A stretch of 64,000 nt of DNA from Phycisphaerae bacterium (GTDB lineage: Bacteria > Planctomycetota > Phycisphaerae > UBA1845), in NCBI GenBank assembly GCA_963666835.2, contig CAXXGO010000001.1, positions 2,048,001 to 2,112,000 of the forward strand, written 5' to 3'. Positions within the stretch are counted from its first letter, which is position 1. Each line of letters begins with the position of its first letter. Both the position numbers and the translations under genes were made by a program. The notes beneath the pieces are model-generated. The model made no database searches and was not told the DNA's origin. It saw only the letters and a list, made by a program, of their open reading frames with translations. Below, piece after piece: positions 10,052 through 19,696 of the stretch.

Positions 10052-11926
10052 ATGATGAAGTTCTTTCGCAAGTACAACAAGGCACTCCTAGCCGTATTTA
10101 TGGCCTTGCTGATGATCGTTTTCGTCGGCGGACAGGCTCTGGAGAGCCTTTTGGCCCCCCAGAGAGACCCGGTCATTGCGGAAAGCGCCCTGGGACCGAT
10201 CAAGGTCTCCGATCGGCGCGTCGCTGATGCGACTACCAAAATGATTGCTGCGAGCAGCTTCAACTGGAAGACCCCGTTTGGGGGCGAGCCAATCGACATC
10301 ATTGATTGGATCCTCCTTACGCGCGAGGCGGAGCGCTATCAGACGGCGGTGAGCCCGGCGGCGGCTCGCGTCATTTTGGGGGGAGAAGAAGGGGCCAGGC
10401 GGTTCCGCCAGTTAGCTCGGCAGTTGCGGGTTAAATATGAACACGTGATGGCGGCGGTGAGCGAGTACCTCTCGGTGCGGGGGACCGCGTCGTTGGTGCT
10501 CAGTGCGGCCGTGCCTAGTGAGGCGGAGGTGCGGTACGCGGCGCGGATGGTGCTGGACAAGGTGAAGGTCGGCGCCGTGGTGCTGCCAGCGGAGGCGTTC
10601 AAGGAGGACGGTTACGAGCCGACGGACGCTGAGATTGAGGCTCAATGGTCCGAGTACAAAGACGACGAGCGTGGGTACGGTCTGAACTTCGGCTACTTCG
10701 TGCCGGTCCGCGTGGCGGTGCAGTACATTAAGGTAGACCGGGACGCGATTAGCGAGTCCATCGGTGTCGCCAACATAGAAAAGAAGGCGAAACACTACTT
10801 CGACGAGCACCGAAGCTCCGATCCGGAGTTCTTGCGGATTGGTGGCGGAGAAGAGGATTCGGCCTATCTGGATTGGGAGGAAGCGAAGGACGCAGCGATT
10901 CGTATCGTCCGCCGCGAACAGGCCGACGATGCGGCGGCTAACATCGCGAACTGGCTGCTGCAATACGATGCCGAGAAGTGGGTCGGCGCAGAGTTCGTCG
11001 AACTCGAAAAGGGTGAATATACCGGGTATCGCCAGCCCCCGGAGAAAGTGGCTGAGTTGGGCTATTACGAGGGGATCTTGGAGAACATGCCCAAGACCAT
11101 TGCGTATCGGGACGCGGTCACGGTGGTTAAGACCGACTTCTTCGGGCAGGACGAGGCGTCGAAGGTTCCGGAGATCGGGCGGGCAACGTATCGGCCGCAG
11201 AGCGGGTATTCGTGGCGCACGCTCCGGGATCTGGCGTTCCGGAGCGAGGCGGTAGTCGACAGAATCCCGCGGGATGCCGAGGTGGATCGGGCCGAGTATA
11301 CCTCGCTGTTCCAGACCTCGCCGTACGTGTTGAAAGACTCGACCGGAAACCTCTATGTTTTCCGGGTCGTCGATTCGAAACCGAAGCACATTGCGGAATC
11401 GGTTGCGGAGGTTCGCGAGCAGGTGGTCGAAGACCTCAAGCTGGCGAAAGGCATGGCGATCGCGCTAGCGCGGGCGGAAGGGCTCCGAAGCTGCAGCCCG
11501 GATGTCAGTTTGCAGGAGGCCTTCGAAAGCGACGCTGAGCTGATGGGGATGGAAGGCTCCGGGGTCGGCTTCGCCGAGTCGTCGCCGGTGGCGCGGTATA
11601 CCACTTCCGAGATTACCTCCGGGCAAAGGAACCCGACGAAATATGTCGGAATCGGGATCGGAGCGGTTCCGTCCGAAATCGTCGATAAGTGGTTCCAGCT
11701 CGAGGGCGGGTGGGAGCGAACGGCGGTTTATGAACTGAAGGACCGGGCGGCTGTTATGGTTGTGGAGTGGACGGAAAGCCAGCCGGCGAGGATCGATCAG
11801 TTCGAACAGCAACGCGAGCAGCTCGCCACGCAGATGAAGACCGCCCGCCAGGCTCAGGCGATAAGTGACTGGTTCAAACCGGACAACATCCGAGCTCGTA
11901 ACCAGTTCAAGGTCGTGGAACAGTAG
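10052..11926 (+). CDS. membrane-anchored periplasmic protein, PpiD/SurA-N-like chaperone architecture
   Basis: MMKFFRKYNK plus one TM helix, PSEAEVR, EPTDAEIEAQW, EVREQVVEDLK segments resembling PpiD-like proteins. No clear PPIase motif. Confidence 0.55.
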   Translation: MMKFFRKYNKALLAVFMALLMIVFVGGQALESLLAPQRDPVIAESALGPIKVSDRRVADATTKMIAASSFNWKTPFGGEPIDIIDWILLTREAERYQTAVSPAAARVILGGEEGARRFRQLARQLRVKYEHVMAAVSEYLSVRGTASLVLSAAVPSEAEVRYAARMVLDKVKVGAVVLPAEAFKEDGYEPTDAEIEAQWSEYKDDERGYGLNFGYFVPVRVAVQYIKVDRDAISESIGVANIEKKAKHYFDEHRSSDPEFLRIGGGEEDSAYLDWEEAKDAAIRIVRREQADDAAANIANWLLQYDAEKWVGAEFVELEKGEYTGYRQPPEKVAELGYYEGILENMPKTIAYRDAVTVVKTDFFGQDEASKVPEIGRATYRPQSGYSWRTLRDLAFRSEAVVDRIPRDAEVDRAEYTSLFQTSPYVLKDSTGNLYVFRVVDSKPKHIAESVAEVREQVVEDLKLAKGMAIALARAEGLRSCSPDVSLQEAFESDAELMGMEGSGVGFAESSPVARYTTSEITSGQRNPTKYVGIGIGAVPSEIVDKWFQLEGGWERTAVYELKDRAAVMVVEWTESQPARIDQFEQQREQLATQMKTARQAQAISDWFKPDNIRARNQFKVVEQ

Positions 11927-12005
11927 GTGGGACGGTTGCAGGGTCCGTGCCCGACACCGCTGAAAGGCTGATCGCGGAACGGGGCGACCATGTTGCCCCG
12001 GCGGA

Positions 12006-12485
12006 TCAGGTGTCTTCGGCCTCTCCGCCGTAGATGCCGCGCTCGCAGGCGATGGTGAAGGTCTCGACGGTCCCCTTGAATAGTTCCCAGGCAGCGCGGA
12101 TGCGATCGGCTTCCGCCGGTTCGATCTTTCCGTCGTCCTCAATCGACTTAGTGACGGTCAGCAGCAACTGGCTGAATTCCTTGACCATTCGCTGGGTGTT
12201 GACCAGCAGCTCCGTACTGGCGTCCGGGGGCGCTTCCTTGGGGTTGGTGACGAAAAAGCCCCCGGCCTCGTGACACAGCCAGTTCACGACGTTGGGGTCG
12301 TTGGTCTGTCGAACGATGTCTGCCAGACGATCGAGAGGGTTACGGGCTCCGCTGGCGTCCGGGTCGTTGGGGTCGCACTCCTGGCACCATTTGTAGATCA
12401 AGGCGGGCGATAGCCGCAACGACGCGGCCAGGGCTTTCACCCCGATACTGTCGGCGGCACGTCTGAGCACCTCGTGAGACCGCAT
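12006..12485 (-). CDS. phage CII-like HTH regulatory protein
   Basis: GVKALAASLRLSPALIYKWC HTH, RNPLDRL, WLCHEAGGFFV, DGKIEPAEA..IR typical of the CII/YmfL-like family. Confidence 0.6.
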   Translation of the reverse strand: MRSHEVLRRAADSIGVKALAASLRLSPALIYKWCQECDPNDPDASGARNPLDRLADIVRQTNDPNVVNWLCHEAGGFFVTNPKEAPPDASTELLVNTQRMVKEFSQLLLTVTKSIEDDGKIEPAEADRIRAAWELFKGTVETFTIACERGIYGGEAEDT

Positions 12486-12609
12486 GGGAAACTCCTTTGT
12501 CTTCCTGTGAACCGGCCGGTTGATCGGGCCGGGTGCTACGAATCCGTCGGCCGGTATACTATCCGCTGTGGTGCCCGGTATCCACGGTTGAATACAAGGC
12601 GTAAGAGCT

Positions 12610-13500
12610 GTGTCCGTCGAACACGTTCAGACCAAGCACGAGATCGAGCAGCTCCTAACCGGCGCGGGGTCGCACCCCCGCAAGCGGTTCGGACAGCACT
12701 TTCTGATCGACGGCAACCTGATGCGCCGGCTGGTGGAGAGTGCCGAGATTGAGCCGGGTGATGTCGTCCTTGAGGTAGGCGGCGGGACCGGCGGTCTGAC
12801 CGATCTGCTGGTCGGCCGGGCGGCGCGGGTGGTGTGCGTGGAGATCGATCGCGACTTGCAGTCTCTATTGATGCACCGGTTTGCTTCCGTCGGTGGCTTC
12901 ACCCTGATCTGCGATGACGTCCTCGAAACCAAGCACCGGATTCGCGCCGAGGTGGCGGAGGCTATCGGCAGACGCGGCGACGATGCGACGGGGGTGGTCA
13001 AGCTCGTGGCCAACCTGCCGTATCAGGTGGCTACGCCGCTGGTTATGAACCTGCTGATCGGGTTCCCCCAGGTACGACGCCTTTGTTTTACCGTGCAGGC
13101 GGAAGTGGGGGATAGGGTCGCGGCCTGTGCCGGCGGCAGGGACTATGGTCCGTTGAGCATCATCACGCGGTTGCTTTGTGATGTAGATGTGGTCGCCCGG
13201 ATCCCCCCGCAAGCGTTTTGGCCTCGCCCGGCCGTGCAGTCGGTGATGGTACGTTTGGTTGTCAAGGATTCGCCGGTGCTCCGGGGCGAGGAGTTGGTCG
13301 AGTTCTCGCAGTTGCTCCGGGCGGTTTTCGATCATCGGCGCAAGACCCTTCGGGCGGCGCTGGCGTACGCCGTCGACAAAGATATGCGCGAAAGGCTATG
13401 CCAGGCATGTGACGCTACGCGAAGGCCGGAGTCTTTCGAAGTGGAAGAGTGGCTATCGCTGTTTCGGCTGGTTCGAGGCGGAGGAGAGGGGGGAGCGTGA
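12610..13500 (+). CDS. rsmA: 16S rRNA adenine dimethyltransferase
   Basis: KRFGQHFLID, VLEVGGGTG, EIDRDL, VANLPY, FWPRPAVQS, RRKTL. Confidence 0.95.
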   Translation: MSVEHVQTKHEIEQLLTGAGSHPRKRFGQHFLIDGNLMRRLVESAEIEPGDVVLEVGGGTGGLTDLLVGRAARVVCVEIDRDLQSLLMHRFASVGGFTLICDDVLETKHRIRAEVAEAIGRRGDDATGVVKLVANLPYQVATPLVMNLLIGFPQVRRLCFTVQAEVGDRVAACAGGRDYGPLSIITRLLCDVDVVARIPPQAFWPRPAVQSVMVRLVVKDSPVLRGEELVEFSQLLRAVFDHRRKTLRAALAYAVDKDMRERLCQACDATRRPESFEVEEWLSLFRLVRGGGEGGA

Positions 13501-14507
13501 GCGAGGCGATTGAGCCGGCGGTGGATTCGGTTCTGGTGATTGCGGTCCGCCGAAGACGGAAGCGGACGAGCTTTCTGATCGGAATGTTGGAGTGGGCGAC
13601 GATTATCGTCGGCGTGCTCACTCTTGCGGCGTGTTGCGGGCGACTCTGGTGGATATTGGAGCTGACGTGCCACTTCCGGGTCCAGTATCTGGCGTTTCTG
13701 GCAGTGGGTGCCGCCGTGTTTCTGTTGGTGGGGCGGTGGCGGGCGGCAGCGGCGGCGGTGTTTTTGGCAGCGCTGAATCTGGTTCCGATCCTCCCGTTGT
13801 ACATCGGCGGATCAACCGTCCGTGCCGAAGGCGAAGCGGTTCGGGCGCTGCTGTGGAACGTGAACACGGCCAATACGTCCCATGCTGACGTTATAGAGTA
13901 CATTCGCGAGTCTGCTCCGGACTTTGTGGTGCTCTTGGAGCTTGATGGGGAGTGGATCGGGGTACTGGATCGCGGGTTGAGTGACTATCCGCATAGGTGC
14001 AGTCGGGGGCGTAGCGACAATTTCGGGCTGGGGTTGTATAGCCGATATCCGATCGAATCCGGCGGGATTGTGAGCATAGGGGTGGCCGAAGTGCCGTCGG
14101 TTGAGGTTCGTATCGATATCGATGGGCAGTTGCTCACGGTGATCGGGACGCACCCGCCGCCTCCGAAGAATCCGGAGTACGTGCACGGTCGCGATAGCCA
14201 ACTTGCGGAGCTGGCCCGGCTAACCGCCGGTATGGAAGGACCGCGCGTCGTTCTTGGTGACTTGAACGCGACACCATGGTGTCCGGTGTTCATGGATCTG
14301 TTGCGTGATTCGGGTTTGCGTGACGCCCGCCGTGGTTTCGGGCTCCATCCCACCTGGCCGGCGATTATGCCGCTATTGGGGATTCCCATCGATCATGTTC
14401 TGGTGTCTGATGGGGTTGAAGTGCGCGATTTCTCCGTCGGACCGAGTCACGGATCGGACCACCACGCCGTCGTGGTCGACTTGGTTCTACCCGCCGCGGA
14501 TGACTGA
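13497..14507 (+). CDS. endonuclease/exonuclease/phosphatase family membrane protein
   Basis: N-terminal TM helices, WNV, LLE, GDLNATPW, IPIDHVL, GSDH. GTGA overlap with the rsmA stop. Confidence 0.85.
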   Translation: MSEAIEPAVDSVLVIAVRRRRKRTSFLIGMLEWATIIVGVLTLAACCGRLWWILELTCHFRVQYLAFLAVGAAVFLLVGRWRAAAAAVFLAALNLVPILPLYIGGSTVRAEGEAVRALLWNVNTANTSHADVIEYIRESAPDFVVLLELDGEWIGVLDRGLSDYPHRCSRGRSDNFGLGLYSRYPIESGGIVSIGVAEVPSVEVRIDIDGQLLTVIGTHPPPPKNPEYVHGRDSQLAELARLTAGMEGPRVVLGDLNATPWCPVFMDLLRDSGLRDARRGFGLHPTWPAIMPLLGIPIDHVLVSDGVEVRDFSVGPSHGSDHHAVVVDLVLPAADD

Positions 14508-14699
14508 CGCGGCGGCATACTTGCGGGTCACGGTTACCGGCAATGTCAAGAGTGTGCCACCGCTCAGTACCGCGACCGTGGGGGAGTGGCGCTGCTGTGT
14601 CAACGAGTCGTGGCGTGTCGGTCAAGGGCGGGTCGCTTACGCTCGCCGTACTGATTGCGGCGGGTCGCTCACGCTCGCGATAGAGCACCGCAGGCGGGT

Positions 14700-15240
14700 G
14701 TAGGGCAGCGTCGAGGCACGAGACCTGCCGTGGTGTTCGCGCAATGCGCGCCGTTGTGGCAGGTCTCGTACCTCGACCGTGCCCTACAGGGTCCTTGCGC
14801 GTCGCGCGTCGTTGTGGCAGGTCTCGTGCCTCGACCGTGCCCTACAGGGTCCTTGCGCGGCGTGCGCCGTTGCGGCAGGTCTCGTACCTCGACCGTGCCC
14901 TACAAGGCCTTCGCGTGGCGCGCGCCGTTGTGGCAGGTCTCGTACCTCGACCGTGCCCTACAGGGTCCTTGCGCGGCGTGCGCCGTTGTGGCAGGTCTCG
15001 TACCTCGACCGTGCCCTACAAGGTCTTCGCGCGATGCACGCCGTCGTGGCAGGTCTCGTGCCTCGACCGTGCCCTACAGGGTCCTTGCGCGGCGCGCGCC
15101 GTTGTGGCAGGTCTCGTGCCTCGACCGTGCCCTACAAGGCCTTCGCGCGACGTGCGCCGTCGTGGCAGGTCTCGTACCTCGACCGTGCCCTACAAGGCCT
15201 TCGCGCGATGCGCGGCGTTGTGGCAGGTCTCGGGCCTCGG
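14700..15240. repeat. tandem REP-like array, 58-bp period: one GTAG-oriented copy, then 8 full and 1 partial inverted copies
   Basis: GGCAGGTCTCGTRCCTCGACCGTGCCCTAC starts at 14758, 14816, 14874, 14932, 14990, 15048, 15106, 15164 and 15222 (partial). The linkers are mutually similar. Confidence 0.92.
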
Positions 15241-15255
15241 CAGTGTCGTAAGCGA

Positions 15256-15521
15256 AGCCCCTCGGGGCGACAGGTTCTTTAGCCCCACGGCGTAAGCCTG
15301 GGGGAACCGTGCGGTCGCTTCGCGCTAAGCCCCCTCGGGGGCGGCAGAGGGTATGACGCTTGGAACAAACACCGGTGATTATACATCATAAGGGGAGCAC
15401 GTTGGCGACGGCCGGGAGCGCTTCGATCATCGAAGTGCCGCCCCTGGGGGCTTGGGTTGATGTGCGACGCGATCCCGCGGCTTACGCCGCGGGCTGCGCA
15501 GAGCTGCCGCCCTGACGGGCT
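15256..15521. mobile_element. ~265-bp nested-palindrome MITE-like element
   Basis: Imperfect terminal inverted repeats (AGCCCCTCGGGGCGACAG...AGCCCCACGGCGTAAGCC versus the reverse complement of the right end AGCCCGTCAGGGCGGCAG...AGCCCGCGGCGTAAGCC), plus an inner IR pair at ~15328 and ~15434. Confidence 0.55.
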
Positions 15522-15581
15522 GGTCCCGCGAGACACACAGGTGGCACATATTCGTGCAACTCACACCACTGCGGCCGTGAT

Positions 15582-15698
15582 GGCAGGTCTCGCGCGGCGC
15601 GCGACGTTGTGGCAGGTCTCGTGCCTCGACCGTGCCCTACAAGGTCTTCGCGCGGCGCGCGACGTTGTGGCAGGTCTCGTACCTCGACCGTGCCCTAC
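15582..15698. repeat. continuation of the 58-bp REP-like array (1 truncated plus 2 full copies)
   Basis: Unit starts at 15582 (truncated), 15611 and 15669. Confidence 0.85.
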
Positions 15699-15805
15699 AG
15701 GGTTTTCCAGATTCCCGGGTCAACCGAGAACGGTACGTGTCGGTGGTGATCGCGCGTCGCGGAAACAGAGGTCGGGCCAGGGATTGCGTCGGACGAGGCT
15801 CCGCG

Positions 15806-15834
15806 GGAACTTGTCAAGGGTTGCGTCCGTCAGA
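15806..15834 (+). promoter_or_regulatory. putative ECF (sigmaE-type) promoter
   Basis: GGAACTT-N16-GTCAGA upstream of the ECF sigma gene. Confidence 0.5.
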
Positions 15835-15843
15835 GAATTAGGG

Positions 15844-16398
15844 AGTCCGGTAGGTCGGGCTCAGCCCGACATACGCCTGCAAAGGCGAGCATTACCGGGA
15901 CGCCGGGCGTAGGACGACCCACTTGTTGGTACTGTGGCAAGAGTGTTTCTGGGGCTCGTAACCCGAGATCCGCGGCCGGTCTTCTTTTTCGATGGACTTG
16001 TGCTAAGAAAACGGTGCGTCATACGTATTGATCTGTGGAAAGCGAAGTCGAGACGGGCAGGGGCTTATGGCTGACGCTGATATTCCGACGAAGGTTGCGT
16101 GGGTACGAACCGCGCTGGATCAGTCCGGTAGGTCGGGCTCAGCCCGACATACGCCTGCAAAGGCGAGCATTACCGGGACGCCGGGGGAGGACGACCTGCT
16201 TGTTGGTACTGTGGCGAAGGTGTTTCTGGGTTTCGTAACCCGAGATCCGCGGCCGGTCTTCTTTTTCGATGGACTTGTGCTAAGAAAACGGTGCGTCATA
16301 CGTATTGATCTGTGGAAAGCGAAGTCGAGACGGGCAGGGGCTTATGGCTGACGCTGATATTCCGACGAAGGTTGCGTGGGTACGAACCGCGCTGGATC
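15844..16398 (+). repeat. tandem duplication (278 + 277 bp) of the upstream region and first codons of the ECF sigma gene
   Basis: 15844-16121 vs 16122-16398. The 3' halves are identical, and the 5' halves differ by several substitutions and one indel. AGT microhomology at the junctions. Each copy starts with a GTAG-GTCGGGC TCA GCCCGAC palindrome. Confidence 0.92.
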
Positions 16399-16871
16399 AG
16401 TATGAGGCCCCGCTTGTGCGCTACGCCGCCCGGATTACCGGAGACGTCGATCGGGCGCGCGACGTAGTGCAGGAGACGTTCCTCAGGCTTTGTACTGAGC
16501 CGCGTGCGAAGGTCGATGGGCATTTGCGCGAGTGGCTGTTCGCCGTTTGCCGTAACCAGGCCGTGGACGTTCTGAGGAAGGAGGGCCGGATGAGATCGCT
16601 GAGCGATGCCGCCGTCGAGACCCACGCCAGTCGGGCCGAATCGCCCCCGGCCGTGGCCGAGGGACGCGAAGCGGCGAGTGACGTGGTTCGCGTGCTCTCG
16701 GGGCTTCCGGACAACCAGCAGGAGGTAATCCGCCTGCGGTTCCAGAACGGTTTGAGCTATCGCGAGATAAGCGCGGTAACGGAGCTGACGGTGAGTAACG
16801 TCGGCTATCTGATTCACATGGCCATCAAGGCGATTCGCGAGAAGCTCAGCGACCGGGAGGCGGAGAAGTGA
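16344..16871 (+). CDS. ECF RNA polymerase sigma factor
   Basis: ARDVVQETFLRL, WLFAVCRNQAVDVLRK (region 2), LPDNQQEVIRLRFQNGLSYREIS (region 4). Confidence 0.92.
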   Translation: MADADIPTKVAWVRTALDQYEAPLVRYAARITGDVDRARDVVQETFLRLCTEPRAKVDGHLREWLFAVCRNQAVDVLRKEGRMRSLSDAAVETHASRAESPPAVAEGREAASDVVRVLSGLPDNQQEVIRLRFQNGLSYREISAVTELTVSNVGYLIHMAIKAIREKLSDREAEK

Positions 16872-17007
16872 GATTAGGCTCTGACAAGGTTGGCGTGGGG
16901 CCCGGTGAGGGTGGTATGGGCAAACTTGTTTGCCCGTGGAGAGCTCGGGGAGACGTTGGGTCGGGCTCTGTCCGACACACGCCTGATCAAAGTAGGCCGA
17001 GGAGAGG

Positions 17008-19323
17008 ATGATGAACATCAATCCTGACGATCCGCGATTGACTGCGTATGCGTTGAACGAGCTGGACGAGGCCGAGCGGGCCGAGGTTGCCGCATTGGTC
17101 GAGCAATCTGAAGATGCCCGCCGGATCGTCGAGGAGATTCGGGCCACCGCCGAACTGCTGACGACCGAGCTTCAGAACGAGCCGGTAGCAGGGGGGCAAG
17201 ACGAAACGGCGGCTCGACTGTCAGAGAGCCAGCGCGCCGCCGTCGAGGCCAAGGCGGCCGGGACCAACGGTAGCGCGTCCAAGGCCGACAATGCGGTGAT
17301 CGCCATCCGTCGCTGGCGCGGCGCCACGCTGGCGTCGGCCGCATCGGTATTGATTGTCGCGGGGACGTGGATCGTCGTGAGGTCCTGGAACGAAATGCGG
17401 CAGACGCTTAGCCCGGCCGGAGTGGGTTCGAGAGTCGTGGCCCAGAATGGTCTGGTGGGTGATGAGGCGTCCATTCTCGATAGCGAAGCTGCCGGAATAC
17501 GGACCGGGCGCGCTTCCGGAGCATTTGCAGGCGACGAGGACGGCGAGAGCGTAAGGAATGGCCCAGTTGGCCTTACGGATCCGTTGTTCACATTCGACAC
17601 CTCTGCGGGCGGCGTAGCCCTCTACTCCATGGATAAACTGATGGTCGATACCCCCGCCCAGGGCGCACCCGCCCGTAAGCGGCGATCGAGTGGTCGAGAC
17701 CAGGAGGAGAACTGGAAACCGAAAGTCTACTTCGGGCCCGCTCCAAATTCCTTCGCCTTCGCCGCGGGAGGCGTTGCGCGGGGCGATGAGGCGTTCAACG
17801 CCTACGTTGAATTCGAGCAGGACGTCAGCGCGTACGGTAACATCTCCTACTGCTACGAGGTTCCGTACTCCGACTTCCCGCCGCGCGAATCCGGTTCGGA
17901 GACCTACGACTCTGTCACGGACAACCCGTTCAATCTGGTATCACGCAATCCCTTGTCGACCTTCTCCATCGACGTGGACACGGCCTCTTATGCGAACGTC
18001 CGCCGTTTTCTCAAATCTGGGCAGATGCCGCGAAAAGGCGCCGTGCGGATCGAGGAGATGGTCAACTACTTCCACTACGACTATCCGCAACCCACCGGGG
18101 ACGATCCGTTCTCCGTTAACGTTGACGTGGCCGAGTGCCCGTGGGAGCCGGATCATCTTTTGGCCCGTATCGGGCTGAAGGGCTGGGAGGTTGCCGAGGA
18201 AGATCGCCCGCCGGCCAACCTCGTTTTTCTGATCGACGTTTCCGGTTCGATGGACGAGCCCAACAAGCTGCCGCTGGTGGTCTCGTCGATGCGAATGCTG
18301 GTCGAAGAGCTCTCCGCTGATGACCGGGTGGCGATGGTGGTTTACGCTGGGGAGTCCGGTTTGGTGCTGCCGTCGACGTCATGCGACAGCAAGAGTGACA
18401 TTTTAGAGGCACTACAGCGTTTGCAGTCCGGCGGGAGCACCAACGGAGGGGCGGGGATCCAGCTCGCCTATGACGTAGCTGAAGAGAACTTCATAGAAGG
18501 CGGGATCAACCGGGTCATCCTGGCCACCGACGGTGATTTCAACGTCGGGACGACCGACCGCGGCTCGCTTACCGAGCTGATCGAAGAGAAAGCGGCCGGG
18601 GGCGTGTTCCTCAGCGTGCTGGGCTTCGGAATGGGCAACTACAACGATGCCACGCTCGAGACTCTGGCCGACAAAGGCAACGGGAACTATGCCTACATCG
18701 ATACGGCGGCCGAGGCGGAGAAGGTGCTGATCGAGCAGATGGGCGGTGCGCTAATCACCATTGCCAAGGATGTGAAGATCCAGGTCGAGTTCAACCCGTT
18801 GGAGGTGCTGGGGTATCGCCTGATCGGGTATGAGAATCGCGTGCTGGCCGCCCAGGACTTCAACGACGATACGAAGGACGCTGGCGAGATCGGGGCGGGG
18901 CACACCGTGACGGCCTTCTACGAACTCTACCCGGCCGATGCGGAAGGCGTGCTTCCCGACATCGACCCGCTCAAGTATCAGACGGAACCGAATCCGTCCC
19001 CGGCGGCCGAGTGCGGCGAACTAATGACCGTCAAACTGCGTTACAAGGAGCCCGATGGCGATACCAGTAAGCTGATCGAGTTTCCCGTTACTGACGACGG
19101 CTTGACCCTGGCGGACATGTCCGACGATTTCGTCTTCGCGGCGTCGGTGGCGTCGTTCGGGATGATCCTGCGCGATTCTCGATACATGGGCGATTCGACG
19201 CTCGCGGCCGTGGCGGAGATGGCCGGGGCGGCGCTGGGCGACGATGAATACGGCTATCGTGCCGAGTTTTTGGAACTGGTCGAACTCGCGGCACAGATCA
19301 AAGCCGCGTCCGAGACCCCCTGA
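17008..19323 (+). CDS. anti-sigma-like N-terminus, TM helix and von Willebrand A domain protein (YfbK/DUF3520-like)
   Basis: LTAYALNELDEAER, TM helix, PLSTFSIDVDTASYANVRRF, FLIDVSGSM (MIDAS), ILATDGDFNVG, TIAKDVKIQVEFNP, YRLIGYENR. Confidence 0.88.
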   Translation: MMNINPDDPRLTAYALNELDEAERAEVAALVEQSEDARRIVEEIRATAELLTTELQNEPVAGGQDETAARLSESQRAAVEAKAAGTNGSASKADNAVIAIRRWRGATLASAASVLIVAGTWIVVRSWNEMRQTLSPAGVGSRVVAQNGLVGDEASILDSEAAGIRTGRASGAFAGDEDGESVRNGPVGLTDPLFTFDTSAGGVALYSMDKLMVDTPAQGAPARKRRSSGRDQEENWKPKVYFGPAPNSFAFAAGGVARGDEAFNAYVEFEQDVSAYGNISYCYEVPYSDFPPRESGSETYDSVTDNPFNLVSRNPLSTFSIDVDTASYANVRRFLKSGQMPRKGAVRIEEMVNYFHYDYPQPTGDDPFSVNVDVAECPWEPDHLLARIGLKGWEVAEEDRPPANLVFLIDVSGSMDEPNKLPLVVSSMRMLVEELSADDRVAMVVYAGESGLVLPSTSCDSKSDILEALQRLQSGGSTNGGAGIQLAYDVAEENFIEGGINRVILATDGDFNVGTTDRGSLTELIEEKAAGGVFLSVLGFGMGNYNDATLETLADKGNGNYAYIDTAAEAEKVLIEQMGGALITIAKDVKIQVEFNPLEVLGYRLIGYENRVLAAQDFNDDTKDAGEIGAGHTVTAFYELYPADAEGVLPDIDPLKYQTEPNPSPAAECGELMTVKLRYKEPDGDTSKLIEFPVTDDGLTLADMSDDFVFAASVASFGMILRDSRYMGDSTLAAVAEMAGAALGDDEYGYRAEFLELVELAAQIKAASETP

Positions 19324-19696
19324 CCGACCGGCACGTCAATCCTGAATGGGCTTCACCAGCCCTGAATCGAGGCGGAACCCGGCCAGTATAGGCGAATAGC
19401 AACCTGACGCACACAACGAACTGACCGGACCCGGTGGGAAGTCGCGTGCGCCGGGAAATGTTCGCTTGTGCCCGCGCCAGCGAGGCGATACCCTGCGAGT
19501 TATCGGACAAGGCCTGTTCCGGGTAGGAGGTGGCGCTCCCTATTCCGTACGGTCTGCTGGGTGAGCGGCGAAGGCCGACCGATCTTACTGAAGATGGTGG
19601 CCGGGTCGGATTGCCGGTCGAGTTGCGAACCAGTTGACGACGAGTGCCCCCACGTCTTGGGCGATTCCCAAACGTGGCTTGAGAGGAGGTTGTGTG

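Noticed and set aside
14655..15295. Repetitive ORFs in three frames across the array
   Set aside because: By-products of a stop-poor 58-bp repeat; no RBS or protein-like features.
14700..15698. CRISPR array (30-bp repeat with ~28-bp spacers)
   Set aside because: The spacers are near-copies of each other, the first unit is inverted, the unit recurs at 3.9 kb, and no cas genes are present. This fits a REP-type tandem repeat.
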